In this document: piece after piece, positions 63,206 through 64,000 of the stretch | Position numbering within the stretch: the stretch's first letter is position 1 | Layout: every line of letters starts with the position of its first letter | Source of the DNA: Octopus sinensis | Lineage: Eukaryota | Length of the DNA stretch: 64,000 bases | Reading direction: 5' to 3' | NCBI RefSeq assembly: GCF_006345805.1 | Contig: NC_043014.1 | Span: forward strand, 31,992,001-32,056,000 | Made by a program: the position numbers and the translations under genes | Notes under the pieces: model-generated | The model's database searches: none | What the model was told of the DNA's origin: nothing | The model's input: only the letters and a program-made list of their open reading frames with translations

Positions 63206-63901
63206 GCAACATCATTATCATTGTCATTGTTGTTGTTGTCTTCATTCATCATCATCATGTACATAGATAAAACACAAAGTTTAAATAGGTGGCATGTATG
63301 GAAATAGAAGCCTGCAGCCATCAATAGATCTTGGTGAAGCAATCACACGTGCACATCTGTTCAGTACACACTCACAAGCTCACACACATTGAGGTCTTTT
63401 GTATATTTGTTTCATCATCATCACCAATCAACATCATCATCATCATCACCATCACCATCGTCGTGCGTCGTAATCATCATCATCCTCATAATTATATATG
63501 GGTGTAGTGTATATGTATAATATACATATATATGTATGTATGCATTTATATACATACACCACACATATATACATATACATGTATATGTTGATTATATATA
63601 TAGATGTATAGATGTATATATATATATATATATACACACTTATATATATATATATGTACATAAACACACAATACCATACAATGGATCAAACACATGTATA
63701 AATACATACATATATACACGTGTGTGTGTGTGTACACATGCACATGTGTGTGTATACATATAATAATACATACATACATACATACACACACACACATACA
63801 TACTATATTTGTTTTAAAGTGTGTTTAATGGAGTTTCTGCAGTAATTTAACCATTGTGGTTTTATAATTGATTAGATTGGCAGTTGAAATATTTACAAGA
63901 A

Positions 63902-63939
<38 letters not shown>

Positions 63940-64000
63940 GCAGCAACAACGATATTAGTTTCAACTGCTGTAGTTACAAGAGCCATTGCTTCAACAACAA
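60100..64000 (+). repeat. Near-identical copy of 54138-58018 (offset about 5974)
   Basis: Identical ORFs (e.g. 55529 vs 61503, 55820 vs 61794); starts exactly at the gap. Confidence 0.95.

Overview
This is eukaryotic, AT-rich, repeat-saturated DNA. The tRNA-headed SINE families, (GAT)n-tailed retroposon ends and extreme microsatellite load point to an octopus/coleoid cephalopod genome (inference). No intact protein-coding gene can be supported, and almost all supplied ORFs are translations of microsatellites or SINEs. One plausible minus-strand coding exon (38996-39167) and a few short plus-strand exon candidates hint at a large host gene. Recognisable transposon debris comprises three tRNA-headed SINE families (>30 copies), two mariner and one Tc1 transposase pseudogenes, piggyBac-, hAT- and pogo/Tc2-type MITEs, a non-autonomous Helitron plus a Helitron helicase fragment, RTE-type LINE fragments and a Penelope-like RT fragment. 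The most striking unannotated signal is about 17 minimal type I hammerhead-ribozyme (HHR) motifs from roughly eight unrelated sequence families. Many have the palindromic stem III typical of dimer-forming Penelope-associated HHRs, several are embedded in fold-back or partial-tandem structures, and they cluster at 38.3-41.8 kb. A 100-N gap at 60000-60099 is followed by a near-identical copy of 54138-58018, probably an assembly overlap. All folds and alignments were done by eye.
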